Made by a program: the position numbers and the translations under genes. From assembly GCA_043228905.1 (NCBI GenBank), contig JBHGNT010000002.1, forward strand, positions 16,368,001 to 16,432,000: a stretch of 64,000 nt of DNA. Reading direction: 5' to 3'. Shown piece after piece: positions 16,192 through 30,200 of the stretch. The notes under the pieces were generated by a model that was not told the origin of the DNA, did no database searches, and was given only the letters and a program-made list of their open reading frames with translations. Numbering within the stretch: the stretch's first letter is position 1; every line of letters starts with the position of its first letter. Source of the stretch: Azolla caroliniana. Lineage: Eukaryota; Plantae; Polypodiophyta.

Positions 16192-19100
16192 ATGAGGTCA
16201 TGCACGATACATCTAACCACATCATAAAACTCATGGCGTGCTCTACTCACCTCATTTGTCATTAACAATTATGGGCCAATCAACTCCTTAAAGTAATGAA
16301 CATATATGTCAATTATTGTAGTAGGATCCACTATCCATTCATCCCCTTGCTTCACATGTACCACATTAGATTGAGTATAAGTAGGATGTAATGCTTGGAA
16401 AAACAAATGAGATTGACATTGATTATCTATGAGCCATCCCTCAATTGTCGCATCTTTGCATAACGATAACTTTGGCATTGCAACTGAGAAATAATAACAT
16501 GCAATTGACTTTGGATATCCAAAAGCTCCTCATCTAATGGTGCATGTATCAATAATGCATTACACTTGGAGAGAACTTGTGAGAATTGTCGAAGAAGACC
16601 TCTTCTTTGTTGAGCATTAGTTACTCCATACATACGATGAATGATCTTAATGTTTTGTAATGACATGATTTCCCATGCTTTAACTCCTTTAAGATTCATT
16701 TCTTGTGAAAAATTTACCAAATCCCAACCACCCACAAAACCTCGCCAAAACAAGTGATTTCTATGACCATAAGGATCATTATGCACCACCTGAGGATAAT
16801 ATTTATCCCGCACGATTAATACCACACCTGAATAACTATTATTAAGATGTCCTACATAGAATGATGAATATCCACGCAAATGAATTGTGGATCCTGCTAA
16901 CTCATGACACTTATGCTCAACTACACATAATACATCTCATTCTTTATTTAACAAAGTTTGCCATAATATATACTTCTTATGAGAAGAACATGCCCCTCTC
17001 ACATTCCATGTTACCACTTTCATTCAATCAACAATGTTATGGGTGCACTTGCTCCTTCAGAGCAACGGATGTCATGAAACTAGTCAAAGCATGTTCCAAT
17101 GTTGCATATGGATTTTCATACACCACATCCTTAAGGCCATCTACAGAAATCTTTTTTTTAGGTTCTCCCGTTTGACGAAAACCTCGAGAATTCGATGAAT
17201 TTACAACCCATCCCAATGAATCAAATTGAAGGTGAAGGGGTAATCCCTTATCCCTAAATTGTCTTTGCCAATGAACTTTTCGAGGACCCTCCCTAGTTCC
17301 TGAATTACCTTTCCAAGTAGTCTCATGAGTAGTGGGAAAACTATTATGTTGCATATTCATTGGTTTCCCCTTTGACTTGCCCTTTACCTGATGCCAATCT
17401 TTTTCAACAACAACATCACTACTAGTTCTATATAATGGTTTTTTCCCCTTACATATAACCACCAAACTTTGTTTTTCCATATCCATAGATTGAGCTCCCT
17501 TATTCTTAGGGCCCAAACCTTGAAGTGAAACCTCTTTAAAACCCGTTCTAGATTATGTTCCTTCATCCATAACAACCACAAGATCTGACACACCAACATC
17601 TCTCACAACTCCTTCCTTACCATTCCCTTCATTAGGAACCTCTACAGTTGAAGGACAATGACGATGACATTCCGCCATAAAGTGACCCCATTCACCACCT
17701 CCAAAACAATGACCTGCAAATGTCTCCCACTTCAATTTAAAACAAACTCTTTTCATACCAAGTGTGTTCATACGCACCCATCCTGCCCTCTTACGACTTG
17801 TATCCCATAACACATAAAATCTAAACTTATTTGTAGCATTTGCATGTGGAGATACCAACAATTTACCCATTTGACTCATCAACTCTGGTAAAAGTGGCCA
17901 TAAAAAGCATGATTACAATCCATTGTTACCCAAACAAGGCATTCTTGTTTTAACAAAGCATGATAGTCCACAATGGGGGACCATTGAATTACATGCACCA
18001 ATCGTTTATCAAAAAACACAAGAACGTTAGCCAACAATGGACTTCGATGTTCTGGTGAACGAAACACTACATCATAAAACCCTCGTGGTCCTGCATATAT
18101 ATTTTCAACACAATTTGGTGACACGATTGTGTTCAACCATTGTTTAATCCAATTAATGTATGGGAGTTTCCCGGTAAAAAACAATATAACCGCACGATCA
18201 TAGAATACATCAAAAGATTGCAACACTGCCTTAGCATCAACTTCCACATCATGCACATCCTCATCAATGCATTCTTTCGCTGCATCATTTTCTTCCACAA
18301 TATCAAACAACAAGCTATTGGCAATTCCCCATAAATTATCCCAATTACAATGATCCTTGTCAACCTCATTTACATGTATTACTTCGGCATATGTCGCGTT
18401 TTTCTCATAAATTTCCTCAATACCCTTAAACCTCTTAAAGCGTCCAATGTCTTCCCTTTCACAATTACATTCAACTATCACATTACTCTGTTTTGTGTCC
18501 ATATCGATGTCCCCCACAATTTGAGAGGAATTCATGTTCATATCCATTATTCTTGATGTGATAGCGATCCGGGATAAAAAAACAATTTTCCATGAATAAG
18601 AAAGATAACCGTAACTCACCCAATTGAAGAGGTCGAAGACGATGAATACAATAGAAGACCTGTACTGTGTGTTGAGTAAGAGAATGCCAACAACACAAGA
18701 TTCCTTATTTCTATCACAGCTTCTCGCATAGACCACCAAATTTAACGTCCTATATCTCGCACTGCGCTAATCGAGAGCTTTCTAACGCATATCTTTATAC
18801 TCAATTCCGTTATTGATAGAGAACACAACAATAAAAACAATTTCGCTTCTTCGTCCCCCCCCCCCCCCCCCCCTCTTTCTCTCTCTCTCTTTGGTAAAAG
18901 CACACAATTATATTAATTGTCTGCAAAATCCACTTAGTTACAACACTTCTTAGTTTCCTCTACCTATCATATGCATATGTAGGGAGAGGGACGTTTTGAA
19001 ATGCTATTAAAAAACTTGTATATGCATTTGAGGAAATGATCCCCACATGCTCCAACATCCAAAAATTCCACATGAGAATACCTTTAAGCTTCTTTATATA

Positions 19101-20596
19101 GGCTTTCACCCCATGTCTATTATCAAACATGAAAGCATTATGCATATTCCAATTGTGTTGTAGACCCCAATAACGTAAAAATTGGAACAATATCTCCATC
19201 TCATCATTTGATCCATTTTGAACATATTGAGAAAAAACCCATTGTTGAGGTCTCAAACAACAACGGGTTAAAACTTGTCAAATGTCCGATAAGTAGTTCC
19301 AAATGGTACACGTTATAGGACATTTAATGAACCTATGTGTATTATCCTCCAATGGAATAGTGCAAAAGAAACAAGTGCCAAACTCTAGTCCTCGTCTCTT
19401 TAAGGCTGAACCTAATGGGAGCCCACCAATCATGACGCTCCATATGAATACCTTTGCACAAAATGGTAGATGGGAATGCCAACCACGTTGTAATATTTTC
19501 CACCAACTTGCATCTAACTTACATACATTCCACAACTTCGCTGCTTTAGGAGATAGCCAAGATAATGATGCCATCACATGATCATACAATATATTTGTAG
19601 TGACTTATAACAAGCATGTACCATCTTATAACCACCAATCCACCCAAGGTGCAAAATTTGTTTTCAATGGCAAAGATCCTTGCAACAATGGTATATATTG
19701 TAATTTCTCCCAAATAAATCCATAATTTGGGAGAATACATAACAATAGTTTGGCATCTTCAAAATCCGACAACCTTTGAGATTCATTATCAACCACATCT
19801 TCCAAATGTACAATCCCCAATCGAAATAAACGATTGAATTGAGATCTCAACTTCTCTTTCCCATGCCAAAACAACACTCAAGAAGAAACAAGCAATTCAT
19901 TTTGTAATGAATTACAATATTCTCAATCACTTGATGGTCCCCATTCAAAAAGAGATAATGCATCTTGTCACGATCTTACTAAATGTTGTCCACATACAGA
20001 ATGTCAAATCTTTAGAGGAATACTTCCATTTAGTAGTGACCACCATGATGCTTGAATCTTTGTTTTCCCATGCACCTATCCTTCATGCTCAAAAAAATAT
20101 TGCATCATAGATATCCTTGTTGACATATATCTTGTAATAATGCAAATCTACGAGCCATCAAATGCCTTTCCAAATCCCATATTGTTGCACCACCTAACAT
20201 TTTAGGAGTAGCCAAATGGTCCCATGAAATCCATGTAACTCCCATCATTTCTCCCTTCCGCCACAACATGAACCGAATAGGTTGTAACATGCTTTGTAAT
20301 GCCTTCTTAGTCCAAGGAAGTAAAGGCAAAAAATATAATAACATGGGTATCAAGATACATTGCACCACTTTGAGTCGTACATGAAAGGGCCATAATTGAG
20401 ACTTCCAATACATAAATTTGTCCCTCAATTTACATACAATCCAATCAATCAATTGAACATTTGTAACATCAATGCCCAATGGATAACCCAAATGTCAATA
20501 AATTGAACCTCGTGTAATCACTGACCCTCGCCATCCCAAACATTCCAAATCACTCTCCATACAAGAAATAAGGTGAGACTTCCTCCAATTTATATA

Positions 20597-20894
20597 GGGA
20601 AAAGTACCATGATACCCCTGGAAGTTCGTCTATTTACCAGAATACCCCTAGAAGTTCCAAATTTACCAAACAAATGCACTTTATAAAGTATTTATATACA
20701 CTCAAATCTTTGGTAAATAGGGCTAGTTCGGGTCCATTTCTTTCATCTTTGGTAAATAGGGCTTGTAGATTTGAGTGTATAATTACTTTATAAAATGAAA
20801 TTTTTTGGACATAGGGGTAGTTTGGTAAATTTGGAACTTCCAAGGGCATTATGGTAAATAGATGAACTTCCAAGGGTATCCGGGTACTTTTCGC
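20597..20894. mobile_element. Mutator-like fold-back MITE, copy 1
   Basis: Long TIR starting GGGAAAAGTACC; 9-bp TSD ATTTATATA (20588-20596/20895-20903). Confidence 0.9.
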
Positions 20895-21871
20895 ATTTAT
20901 ATACAACCCTAAAGCCAAAGCAAATTGATCCCAAACTTCCATACTCCTTTTAAAATTTTTTTTTGAGGCTTGTAAAAACATAAAAGAATCATCTACCAAT
21001 GCTTGTGCCACCAATTGTTTGTGAGAAGGAAGATGCAAACCCACAACATCACCATTGGCCACAAGATTTGACAACATTACTAACAAAGGATGTGTAATAA
21101 TAGCAAATAACAATGGGCTTAGTGGACATCCTTGCCGTACGGATCTAGCAAGAAACACTTTCGGAGTGACTCCGCCATTAAACATCACATGGGAGGTTGC
21201 ATTTTGCCCTAGCAAAAAGATAAGTCGACACATACGAGGATCAAACCCCATATTATACATCACACCTAATAGGAAAGACCAATTAACATGATCATATGCT
21301 TTTTCCAAATCTAATTGCACCATAACCATTTCTTGATGTGTATGTCGAGCATAATCGGTAGCCATTTGAACATTCAAAACATTATGCTATATATTTCTAC
21401 CTATAATAAAACCATATTGAGATGGATGAATAAGTTGAGGTAAGAACTTCTAAAGTCTGTTGGATAATATCTTTACAAACACATTGTACAACCCTCCCAT
21501 CGATGAAATAGGCCTCCATTGATGAAATGACTCCGGAGATGGTACCTTTGGTATCAATTTGATTAATTAAGCTCACCGTCCAGCTCTCAGGCATGAAACC
21601 AGAATCCCAACATTGTTGAAACATTTATATGAATGGACTCTTAAGCATGCTAACATACTTCTTAAAAAATTCATTTGTAACACCATCCCAGTTAGGGCTT
21701 TTACCATTTGGAAGGTGTAACAATACCTTTTCCACCTTAGCTTCTTCAAAATCAGCATCCAATTCTTGAAAAATATTTGTATTCATGGCACTCCCAATTA
21801 CATTATAAAACTCTTGTCGTGCTTTCAAGACATCCTCATTAATCAACTCTGGCCCAATCAAATTCTTAAAA

Positions 21872-22184
21872 GGGAAAAGTACCAGGATACCCCTGGAAGT
21901 TCTTCTATTTACCAGAATGCCCCTGGAAGTTCCAAATTTACCAAACTACCCCTATGTCTAAAAAATTACACTTTATAAAGTAATTATACACTCAAATCTT
22001 TGGTAAATAGGGCTAGTTCGGGTCCATTTCTTCCATCTTTGGTAAATAGGGCTTGTAGATTTGAGTGTATAATTACTTTATAAAGTGTAATTTTTTGGAC
22101 ATAGGGGTAGTTTGGTAAATTTGGAACTTCCAGGGGCATTCTGGTAAATAGACGAACTTCCAAGGGTATCCTGGTACTTTTCCC
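21872..22184. mobile_element. Mutator-like fold-back MITE, copy 2
   Basis: Same TIRs, nearly fully palindromic; 9-bp TSD TTCTTAAAA (21863-21871/22185-22193). Confidence 0.92.
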
Positions 22185-23004
22185 TTCTTAAAATGAGTAA
22201 TACATAACTCAATAACCTTGACTGGGTCTACAACAATGTCATCCCCTATCTTAATTTGTACCACATTTGAACGAGCATATGGTGGTCTTAATCCTTGAAA
22301 AAAACATATGAGATTGTGATTGATTATCTATAAATCACTCCTTTAATTGACGTAGTCTTGTCTGTTGATAACTTTGACAAGACATATTCTTCACAATGTC
22401 CTGTACTTGAACTTGAACATCCAAAAGCTCTTCATCATGTGGATTATTCATCAATAGTACATTGCATTCGTAAGAATATATGAAAACTTATCAATCAATT
22501 TCTTACGTCTTTTAGCATTAGTCATACCATACATACGATGAATATCATTGATGTTTTGTAGTGTTGTATCCCATGCATGCCATCCTTTTGAAATAACTTG
22601 TTCTGAAAACATGCCAAAAATGTGTTGCATATAGACATCAAATAAGGAATGTAATAATAAAGAAGCATTAAACCTCAAAGGAAATCATTGAAGCAATGTT
22701 TTGTACATATCTACCCCATGTTTGTTAAACTCAAAACATGTGGGAAAATGATCTGATGTCACAACCTCTTGCATAATTGACATATTAAGCATCTCTGGCA
22801 AAAAGGACTCATCATGCATAAACTCCATGTTTTCTTATATTGCATAGACTGAAATATAAACCCAACCTCATCTTGATGCAACCATTTCCATACATCCAAC
22901 TTCAAAACCTCTGATGCCAATTTGTCCCAAACTACTTGCTCAGGAGAATCCATCAATGAGAATCATGAAGTAGATTGTGAAGCATCAACACACATATTAA
23001 AATT

Positions 23005-26000
23005 CTTTGTTGTCGATGATCCTCCTTCTTTCATACCGGAGTCAGATCCGCTCCGATCTGACTCATCATTACCGGTTTCATAATCCGGCATCTTCTTCTT
23101 CCCCTTTTCTTTGTGCGTGAATCGTCTCCTCGATTCCTTGCGCGGGGAGAGGACGACAGAGTCTTCACTACTCGCCAGTTCTTCTTTTGACTGGTCGGAT
23201 TGACCCAGTCTCTCGTTCGGCCCACTCAACCAAAACGATTCCAGACTCTCTTCTTGAGTCCCGGATTCATCATCTTCTAATTGGACCGGTTCAGGTTCAC
23301 TAGCCTCATCCTCCGGTATTGGCTCGGGGTCGGAAGTCGGAGCCGGTAAGGCATACCATGATGCCGTCTCATCAAACTCAACATCCCGGCTAACTTGAAC
23401 TTGCTTTGTCCGGGGGTTGTAACATTTATACCCCTTTTGCTCATGCGAGTAACCGACTAGGATGCATTTCTCCGACTTTGCATCCAACTTCCTCCGCTTC
23501 TCATCTAGTACATGCACATATGCAATGCTACTGAATATCCGAAGGTGTCGCAAATTCGGCTTGTGCCCGAAATATAGCTCATGCGCGGACAACTTGTCAC
23601 CGATCCGGTTTTGGATGTAGACGGCCGTCCGGACCACCTTCACCCAGTAGAAATGGGGCATGCTCTTCTCCTTCAGCATCGCCCTTTCCGCGTTGATAAG
23701 CGACCGGTTCTTCCTCTTGGCTACACCGTTCTGTTCCGGTGTGTATTTGCAGTTGAACTCTCGCCAAATTCCTGTTTGTTGCATATAACTGTTGAATTGG
23801 CCGGAAAAATATTCTTTTCCGCCATCCGACCGTAGGCACTTGATCTTCCTCTCCGATTCCCGCTCCACCATGCTCTGGAGGTTCCGGAAACAGTCGAAGA
23901 CTTCACTCTTCCGCTCAATGAGGTAGATCCATGTGTGCCGGCTGTAGTCGTCGATGAAGGAGACGAAATATCGACTCCCGCCAAGACTCACGTTTTGTGC
24001 CGGTTCCCATACATCCGAATGAATAAGGTCGAGCTTGTTACGGCTACGATTTCGTCCGGTGGGGAATGGAAGCCGGTGTTGCTTCCCGAGTTGGCAGGCT
24101 TCACATATTTGGGTCTTCCGTCCACTGAACTTCAGCAAACCAAAAACAACTTGTTTCGTTTGCAGGTCTTCAAGCCTCCGGTAATTGACGTGACCGATCC
24201 GCTTGTGCCACAGGTCAATGTCCGATTCGACCTTCTGTCCTTTGGCGAACAAAGCGGTGCCGACGTCATTGGTGTTGAGGATGAACATCCTCCCGTCTCT
24301 GCGCCCTTGCGCAATGATTTGGCCCTTTTCCTTGATGAAGCACCCAAGGTGCGTAAACCGCACCTGCATCCCCTGGTCAACGATTTGACCGACTGACACC
24401 AGGTTCTTTGTGATATTCGGAATGTGTAATACGTTCATCAGCTTCCCCCTCTATCCGATGTGGCTCAAAGGGACTTCTCCGACATGCACGATTGGGTGCA
24501 GAGTGTCGTCTCCGGTTTCGACAACTTCCGGTTGTTCCGGTTTCTCCAGGAAGGAGAACCACTCTTTGTGGTTTGTCATGTGATTCAACGCACCGGAATC
24601 AACATACCATACTTCCTCTAATTTGGAAGTGGTCTTCTTCATTGAATTTGCCTCGTGCTTCATCACCAAGGCTAGCCCCTTACCGGTCTTCCTGGTTCCG
24701 GATCCTTTCGATCCTTGCGCGTAGTGCGAGCTTTGTCGGTTTTCCCGACCGGTTTTGCCGTATCCAGATCTGTCCGAATCGGCGCGCTTCTTCCAGCAAT
24801 CGCTTTCTCAATGGCCCTTTTTACCACAGTACCAAGATTCCGTGGTGGATTTATCTTGTCGTCCTCCGGTGCCGCCTTGACTCCCCCTGCTTGTGGAAGT
24901 CCCGGAACTACTATCAGCACGTTCTCTGTGCCTTCTTTCCTGCTCTTGCCGGCTGCCTCCAGTGCGTGCCGACCCACCTCGTCCCCCACGCCCACGGGGC
25001 TTATCCGCGTCCGTGTACAACATCCGGCTGTCCGATTGAGTGGTCCTGGACCCACTCGCGTGGTTTTCTTCGACCATCAACATTGATTGCAAGTCGAAGA
25101 AGGTCGGTGGTATGGGCAAATTGTTGTTTGGATTGGCCCATACCTTTGCGCTAGACCACCAAGGAAGATTTGTACCATTTCATCTTCGTCCACCGTCACG
25201 TTGATGAACCCGAGCGCGTCGCAAATCTCCTTTATTTTGGTGGTGTAGTCCGTAACCAACATATCTCTTTGTCGAATGTTGTTCAGCTCTTGCCAGAGTT
25301 GCAACTTACGGGCTATGGTACTTGCGGCGAAAATCTTACGCAGATTTTCCCAGGCCTCCTTTGGCGTCTTTGCATCCCTGATGTAGCCAAGCATCTGGTC
25401 GTGCACACAGGACGCGAGGCAGTATAATACTCGGCTTGCTTCTTGCTCCCATACTGGGATTCCTTGTGTCCAGGCTCTAGTGCTACCTCATTCGTTCCTT
25501 CTAGGAAACTCCAATACCCATGCCCCAGTAGGTACTGGTGCATTTTGTATGACCAGGACGCGTAGTTGCTCCGGTCGAGCTTCTCTGTAGGAAGTGAACT
25601 TGCCATAACTCTTTCCATTTATTTTTTCCCGTCTATTGTTCTATTCTCACAACCTGTAGGGTTTTTCTCGTGAAAGCAAATGTCAGCTGCAGAGGTCTTC
25701 AACCCTCGTGCTCTGATACCATGAAAAAGATTATGTGCGGAAGCAATAGAAAACGAACACAGAAAACACGCAGGTTTAATGGAAAGCTTTACAGTACACG
25801 GGAGAGATAGAGAAAGAGCAGAACAACTTAATTCTATTACGAAACAATAATAGTTCTCTGTACATGAAGCGTGCTCAACAACACTATTTATACAAGTCCT
25901 GAGAGGACTGACAGAAGTATTGCGTACTTCAATGCTCACTCGAGCGTCTGGCACTGACTACGAGACTATTAACTCCCTAGTAGTCTAGCTGCTACTAGGC

Positions 26001-26125
26001 TTCCAGTTACTGATGGATCCAGCTAACCGGCTCCCCAGCTCACCGGCTCACTTGCTCACCGGGTCACCGATCCGGCTCATCCTTCCGGATGCCAATCCGG
26101 ATCCGGTTGAGCTTGCCGCCCAACA
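23005..26125 (-). mobile_element. Ty1/copia element B1, 5' half (5' LTR 25722-26125, PBS, gag, protease, integrase), inverted relative to its 3' half
   Basis: LDRSNYASWSYKM, WYCGKKGH, WYVDSGA, LWHKRIGH, IHSDVW, KKRRKLDAKSEKC-type integrase C-terminus; the LTR matches 33026-33453 in opposite orientation. Confidence 0.93.
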
Positions 26126-28565
26126 ATTTGACTATTGAAGAAGTGGTCGACGATATGAAGCTGTCTCTCTGGAGAGTAATGGAAGGCATTAAGGAGGAAT
26201 AGCTTTTGGTGTCTGTTTTGTCAAGGGTCGTGGCGAAAGAATTAAGCCTTGAAGAAATGGTCACTGAGTTCAATAAATAAGTCTTCTCAAATAGCTAATT
26301 GAAACAAATATGGTTTTATATAAAGTTCTAATCTCTATTTGTGATTTCACAGTCATATGGTGTATATAAAGATCCAAGAAGTTATGATGAAACAACTTGG
26401 ATGTATAACTTGGGAACAAGTGACCGAGGATTACCCTCTAACTTCTTCATATAAGGTTATCCGAGTATTTTATTGCATTCAAGGATTGGGTTAGTATTGG
26501 TCTTTTTAATAAAGTTTTCTTTCTATGTAGAGGTTGTGTAATAATATTTGATGTCTTATTGCCTCTATTAGAAACCGTGTCGTGGCAAGAAACCAGGAGA
26601 AGTCAAGGATATACACGATTTCCCAACATCCTTGCACATCTCGAGAGAGTTAGAAAAGAAAAGGATCGTCGCTTGGTCAAGGTGTACGAAATTGAAGAAG
26701 ATGGCTCTTTCAAAAAAATTGGCCACAAGAAAGACATTACCAAAGATCTTTACTACAATGTGATTTGTGGCGATGTCCTTGACATGATCCAGAAAGTGCC
26801 AAAGAAAGAATATACGCTAATGATTGTAGATATTCCATACGGATTTCGAATGGCAGGGTCATCATACGACAATGAACCTTTAGGTTCAAACAATTAAAGA
26901 AAATGGTCAAGGATTTTGCCGAGCTGATGACTGCATCCTTGTGGAGGATAGTTGTGTTTCATAGTATGGACCAAGCGTACTTGGTAGCTCAAGCTTTGAG
27001 ATCTCGTTGCCATGGCATCGAGAACCTTCTTTGGTAAGGATTATTTATAAGTCTCATTCACTATCCTTCCTTTCTTAATTGATTGAATCTATTCTTAACT
27101 CGATACAATATTTGTTATAGGATAAAAACCAACGTCAATAGAGGGCCAACATTTTATTTCGTAAATGCCATTGAGTACATTACGGTTGGCTACTTTGATG
27201 AAATAAAGAAACAAAGAATCAAGGAGCATTCTAATGAAGTTGGAGGTTTAAATCTGCTAGTATATCCAGCAGTGACATGGAAATTGCGACATGTCACCAC
27301 GATAGAACGGGGACTTGTCAACCCATACCAAAAACCTCAACGACTTATGATGCGCCTAATCGAAATGTTCGCTATAGAAGGAGATTGGATGTTAGACCTG
27401 TTTTCTGGCATAGGTATTCCTCGAACTAGGATTATGTTGTTGAGATAATCAATACTGATTCTTTTTTGTTTGAAAACTAATTCTTCTTGTCGCGTTCTTC
27501 ATAGGGACAACGTTGTCGTGCCTTTCGGCTCCGGATCGTTACGTGAGTCAGGTGGGAACCGCCGAGGTTTTTGACTAGGAGGAAGAGGAATACAAATTAA
27601 GGCTAGTTATGAATAGTGGAAAGAGAAGTAAGATAACAATCTCGTGAATCCCACGAGTTTAGTGTATTTAAAACAATATTTAGATTATAAGAGTAATTTT
27701 TATGGCAAAATTCGTGAATCCCACGAATATATTAGATTGATCAATCCTTGTATATTAATCAACAACCTTATACATATTTCTCCCCTCCTTATATAAAGAT
27801 GGAAGAGGCTAAGCATGGCTTCATGCTTTTTCACAAAAAGTGTCCATGCACACTAAATGTGCATGTGATGCTTTTTCATTTCCTAAATATAGGGCTCATG
27901 CACGCTAGATGTGCATGAGTCACTTTTAATGTCACGTGTAAATAAAATATTCACACTCTAAAGAATACATGATTTTTACCTTTTAATAAAGGTATGTGTA
28001 AATAAAGGTCTTATACGTATTAAATCTATATGTATAACACTAAAGATAAGTTATTACAATGGTAAAGTTGGGGTTTATCTACGTGGAGGTGCAGGGTTTG
28101 AATCTTGCCTTATGCATGTGATAAATGTTTTGATATATTATTTATTTATGTATATGTATCTAAAATCGGATATATTATTTTATGGTTTTCACGTAGTGTG
28201 TGGAATACACTACGACAACGTTTGCATGTGCATTGAAGCTCTTTCGAAACACTGTTGCATTGGAGAAGGACGAGGAGCAGGTTATATTTATAAATATGAG
28301 GATTAAGGCCTTGTGGGAATGCCCAGACCAAGACAAGGAGGTCGGTGTAAAGCACATCGCTGATACCAAAAGGTTGCAACCTGCTTCACGAGAGCCTATT
28401 CCTCCGTCAGCCGGTGAACCGGGGGATCTAATTGAGCTTGATGATGAGCTTATGGAAGATCTTACGGTGGCTCGGCTAACAGGGGAAGACAATGCACTTA
28501 TAGCTGAAGAGACTTCTATAAGGGATGAAGAAGATAATGACGTTGACGATTTGATTGCTATGTGA
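26126..28565 (+). pseudogene. Beta-class N6-adenine/N4-cytosine DNA methyltransferase region (C-terminal part of a ParB-MTase fusion gene), intron-containing, disrupted
   Basis: VICGDVLDMI..MIVDIPYG (motif IV, DPPY-like), W/IKTN, NAIEYI, VNPYQKPQRLMMRLIEMF..GDWMLDLFSGIG/TTFACALKLFRNTVALEKD (motifs X-I-II). GT-AG introns at ~27033-27120 and ~27413-27504. One stop, at least one frameshift and a 704-bp insertion. Confidence 0.88.
27514..28217 (+). mobile_element. ~700-bp non-coding element with TGTCGT...ACGACA ends (solo LTR or Ginger-like MITE), copy 1
   Basis: 4-bp TSD ACGT (27510-27513/28218-28221); removing it restores GTTFACA in the MTase; second copy at 46019-46721. Confidence 0.9.
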
Positions 28566-29548
28566 TAGACTCTTTTGTTGATGAAGTGTAATACTTGGTT
28601 TGTTGATTTATGACATTGGTTTCATCGCATGTATTGCTGACTGTAAATATGGAGAAACATGAATTAGTTTACGTTAACGTTGATATCGGTAAACTTTAAC
28701 TATACATAATATGCTCGTAAAATTGTCGCCATGACTGCCCATATCGTTAATTGGGATCAATTGTCAAGACCGTCATACCGTGTCTAATATGTATTGTTAC
28801 AGTCCATATATTATGGATCTTTGTCTTCTATTGCTACCTATAATGTGTAGTGTGTTCTTAATTATCAAACTATGATGTTTGTCTTCCATTGGTGGTTACA
28901 TTGTGTAGTGTGTTGATAATGGTCAATGCCACGTTGTCCCATTAGTTGCACCACCTTGGAGCACACCTCTCAGCAATATCCACATGTTTTTATACGCTTG
29001 TAGCTCCACTAGCGTTATCATTCGGAGTTTGATCCCATGTTCATCACCTATAGAATAGATTAGATCAACTTTAAATACAAGTATTAAAAGCCTTAATAGT
29101 TTAATTATTTCAATCACATTATCCTAAAGTTCACTATCTTACATTGTCCACAATTATATACATACAAGTATGGGTCAAAGTGTAAATTATAACTCATTTT
29201 ATTAGTATGGTTACAAGTACGCCTCATATTTTTGCAAAACTTACCAAAAAAATATAAGTCTTTAACTGAGTGGTTGCCATGTCTTGCACTAGTGTGATAT
29301 TGAGCCATTGTTGAACTTTATTATAATATAATGGCATTAACTTATCAACACATCCAAAATTAATTGAATTTCTAATGTTCTCCACTCGGAGACCTATCAT
29401 GTTTTTTTAATTTTGCAAATTCTAATCAAGTTGTCGAACATGTGATACTAGTGCATCCAATTTTTGTAGAGAGGGTATATTTGGATATTTTCAAGAAGAA
29501 TCTACAAGTGGAACGCATGATCCTTCCTCTTGTGAATGTGAACGTGTT

Positions 29549-29970
29549 TTTTGTAGTTAAGTGCAACATGTGTAGTATAATGTGTGAAGCGTCCACATTT
29601 GTACCATGTCATGATATATTGGCGTTGCAAAAAGGCCTCATTTACAGAGGAATCTAATGATGTATCATGAAGCAAGTGTCGCATCCCATTTACCAAACCA
29701 TTTTTCTATATCTTCCATCCAACAGGAACACAAAATTTTGCTTTTATGCGTCTTTTGGATCTTTTTGATTGCTTCCCATACAATTCTAGGAAGTCGATGT
29801 GAGGGAATTTTTTGAACCTTACACATGTATTCAACAACCCTTTCCATGGCCGTGATCTCAATGGGAAGTGATCCCATCTCAAGGAGGAGGGTGTAGGGCG
29901 TTTGTTTCTTAACTTGTAGAAACTTTGTAAGAAAATGTTTTTGGACATTTTCAAACTCTTTCCACACATA
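29549..29970 (-). mobile_element. RTE-like LINE fragment (host of the DNA transposon), inverted
   Basis: WKEFENVQKHFLTKFLQV...; same family as 6669-7870; continues at 39868. Confidence 0.88.
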
Positions 29971-29983
29971 GAGAGAGAGAGAG

Positions 29984-30190
29984 AGCCCAGATGGATGTAG
30001 CTCAGTTGGTAAGGTTGGCCAATAGAGACCAGGTGGTCATGGGTTCAACCCCTACATTCTATAGTGGCATCTAGTGAATTAAGAGATATATAAGAAGTAT
30101 ATAATAGAGAGGTGAGGAAGTTGGGTTTTGAACCCAGAACGCAGTGCTTGTAGTGCTAACAACTTACCACTAGGGTAAGGTAATTATAAT
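29984..30190 (+). mobile_element. tRNA-derived SINE-like repeat, copy 3
   Basis: GGATGTAGCTCAGTTGGT..GGGTTCAACCCC; flanked by (GA)n on both sides. Confidence 0.75.
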
Positions 30191-30200
30191 AGAGAGAGAG

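Larger units (their letters stand above)
7895..18855 (-). mobile_element. Near full-length degenerate L1/Tx1-like LINE (ORF1 ~17000-18550, ORF2 remnants 8000-16900), interrupted by copia A1
   Basis: ORF1 with GPRGFYDVVF and a CFGGGEWGHFMAEC knuckle remnant. ORF2 pieces GKSPSWDGLTNEVFK, LVDDSFMFL, FRHLGYPLG, VAWNHVATPKRLGGV and zf-RVT. The RT core is deleted. Confidence 0.85.
18891..23004 (-). mobile_element. Second degenerate L1/Tx1-like LINE (ORF2: EN end, RT, zf-RVT); its 5' part was moved by the inversion to 30201-30778
   Basis: QLDLEKAYDHVNW, SVRQGCPLSPLLF, LVDDSFMF, GKSPNWDG, CFFC..EDNTHRFIKC, FNMC (EN GDFN motif) at ~23000; the 3' end abuts (CT)n. Confidence 0.88.
26126..29548. mobile_element. 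Left arm (currently inverted) of a TIR DNA transposon; TIR ~29514-29548, TSD TTTT 29549-29552
   Basis: CGCATGATCCTTCCTCTTGTGAATGTGAACGTGTT matches 39833-39867; the RTE LINE host sequence resumes exactly beyond both ends. Confidence 0.88.

Noticed and set aside
20634-21377. RT ORF with a novel C-terminus
   Set aside because: Read-through from the LINE RT into a MITE insertion.
22963-23010. Integrase ORF ending NFNMCVDASQSTS and RT ORF starting MVFNVSTTISGPCWFV (30725)
   Set aside because: Chimeric ends created by the inversion breakpoints joining copia and LINE sequence.
26126-28565. Bacterial or phage contamination as the source of the MTase
   Set aside because: The gene has GT-AG introns, plant TE insertions with TSDs, and is contiguous with plant LINE and copia sequence.
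29990-30065. Functional tRNA gene
   Set aside because: A/B boxes are present but the D and anticodon arms do not fold properly, and it is part of a repeated ~200-bp unit.
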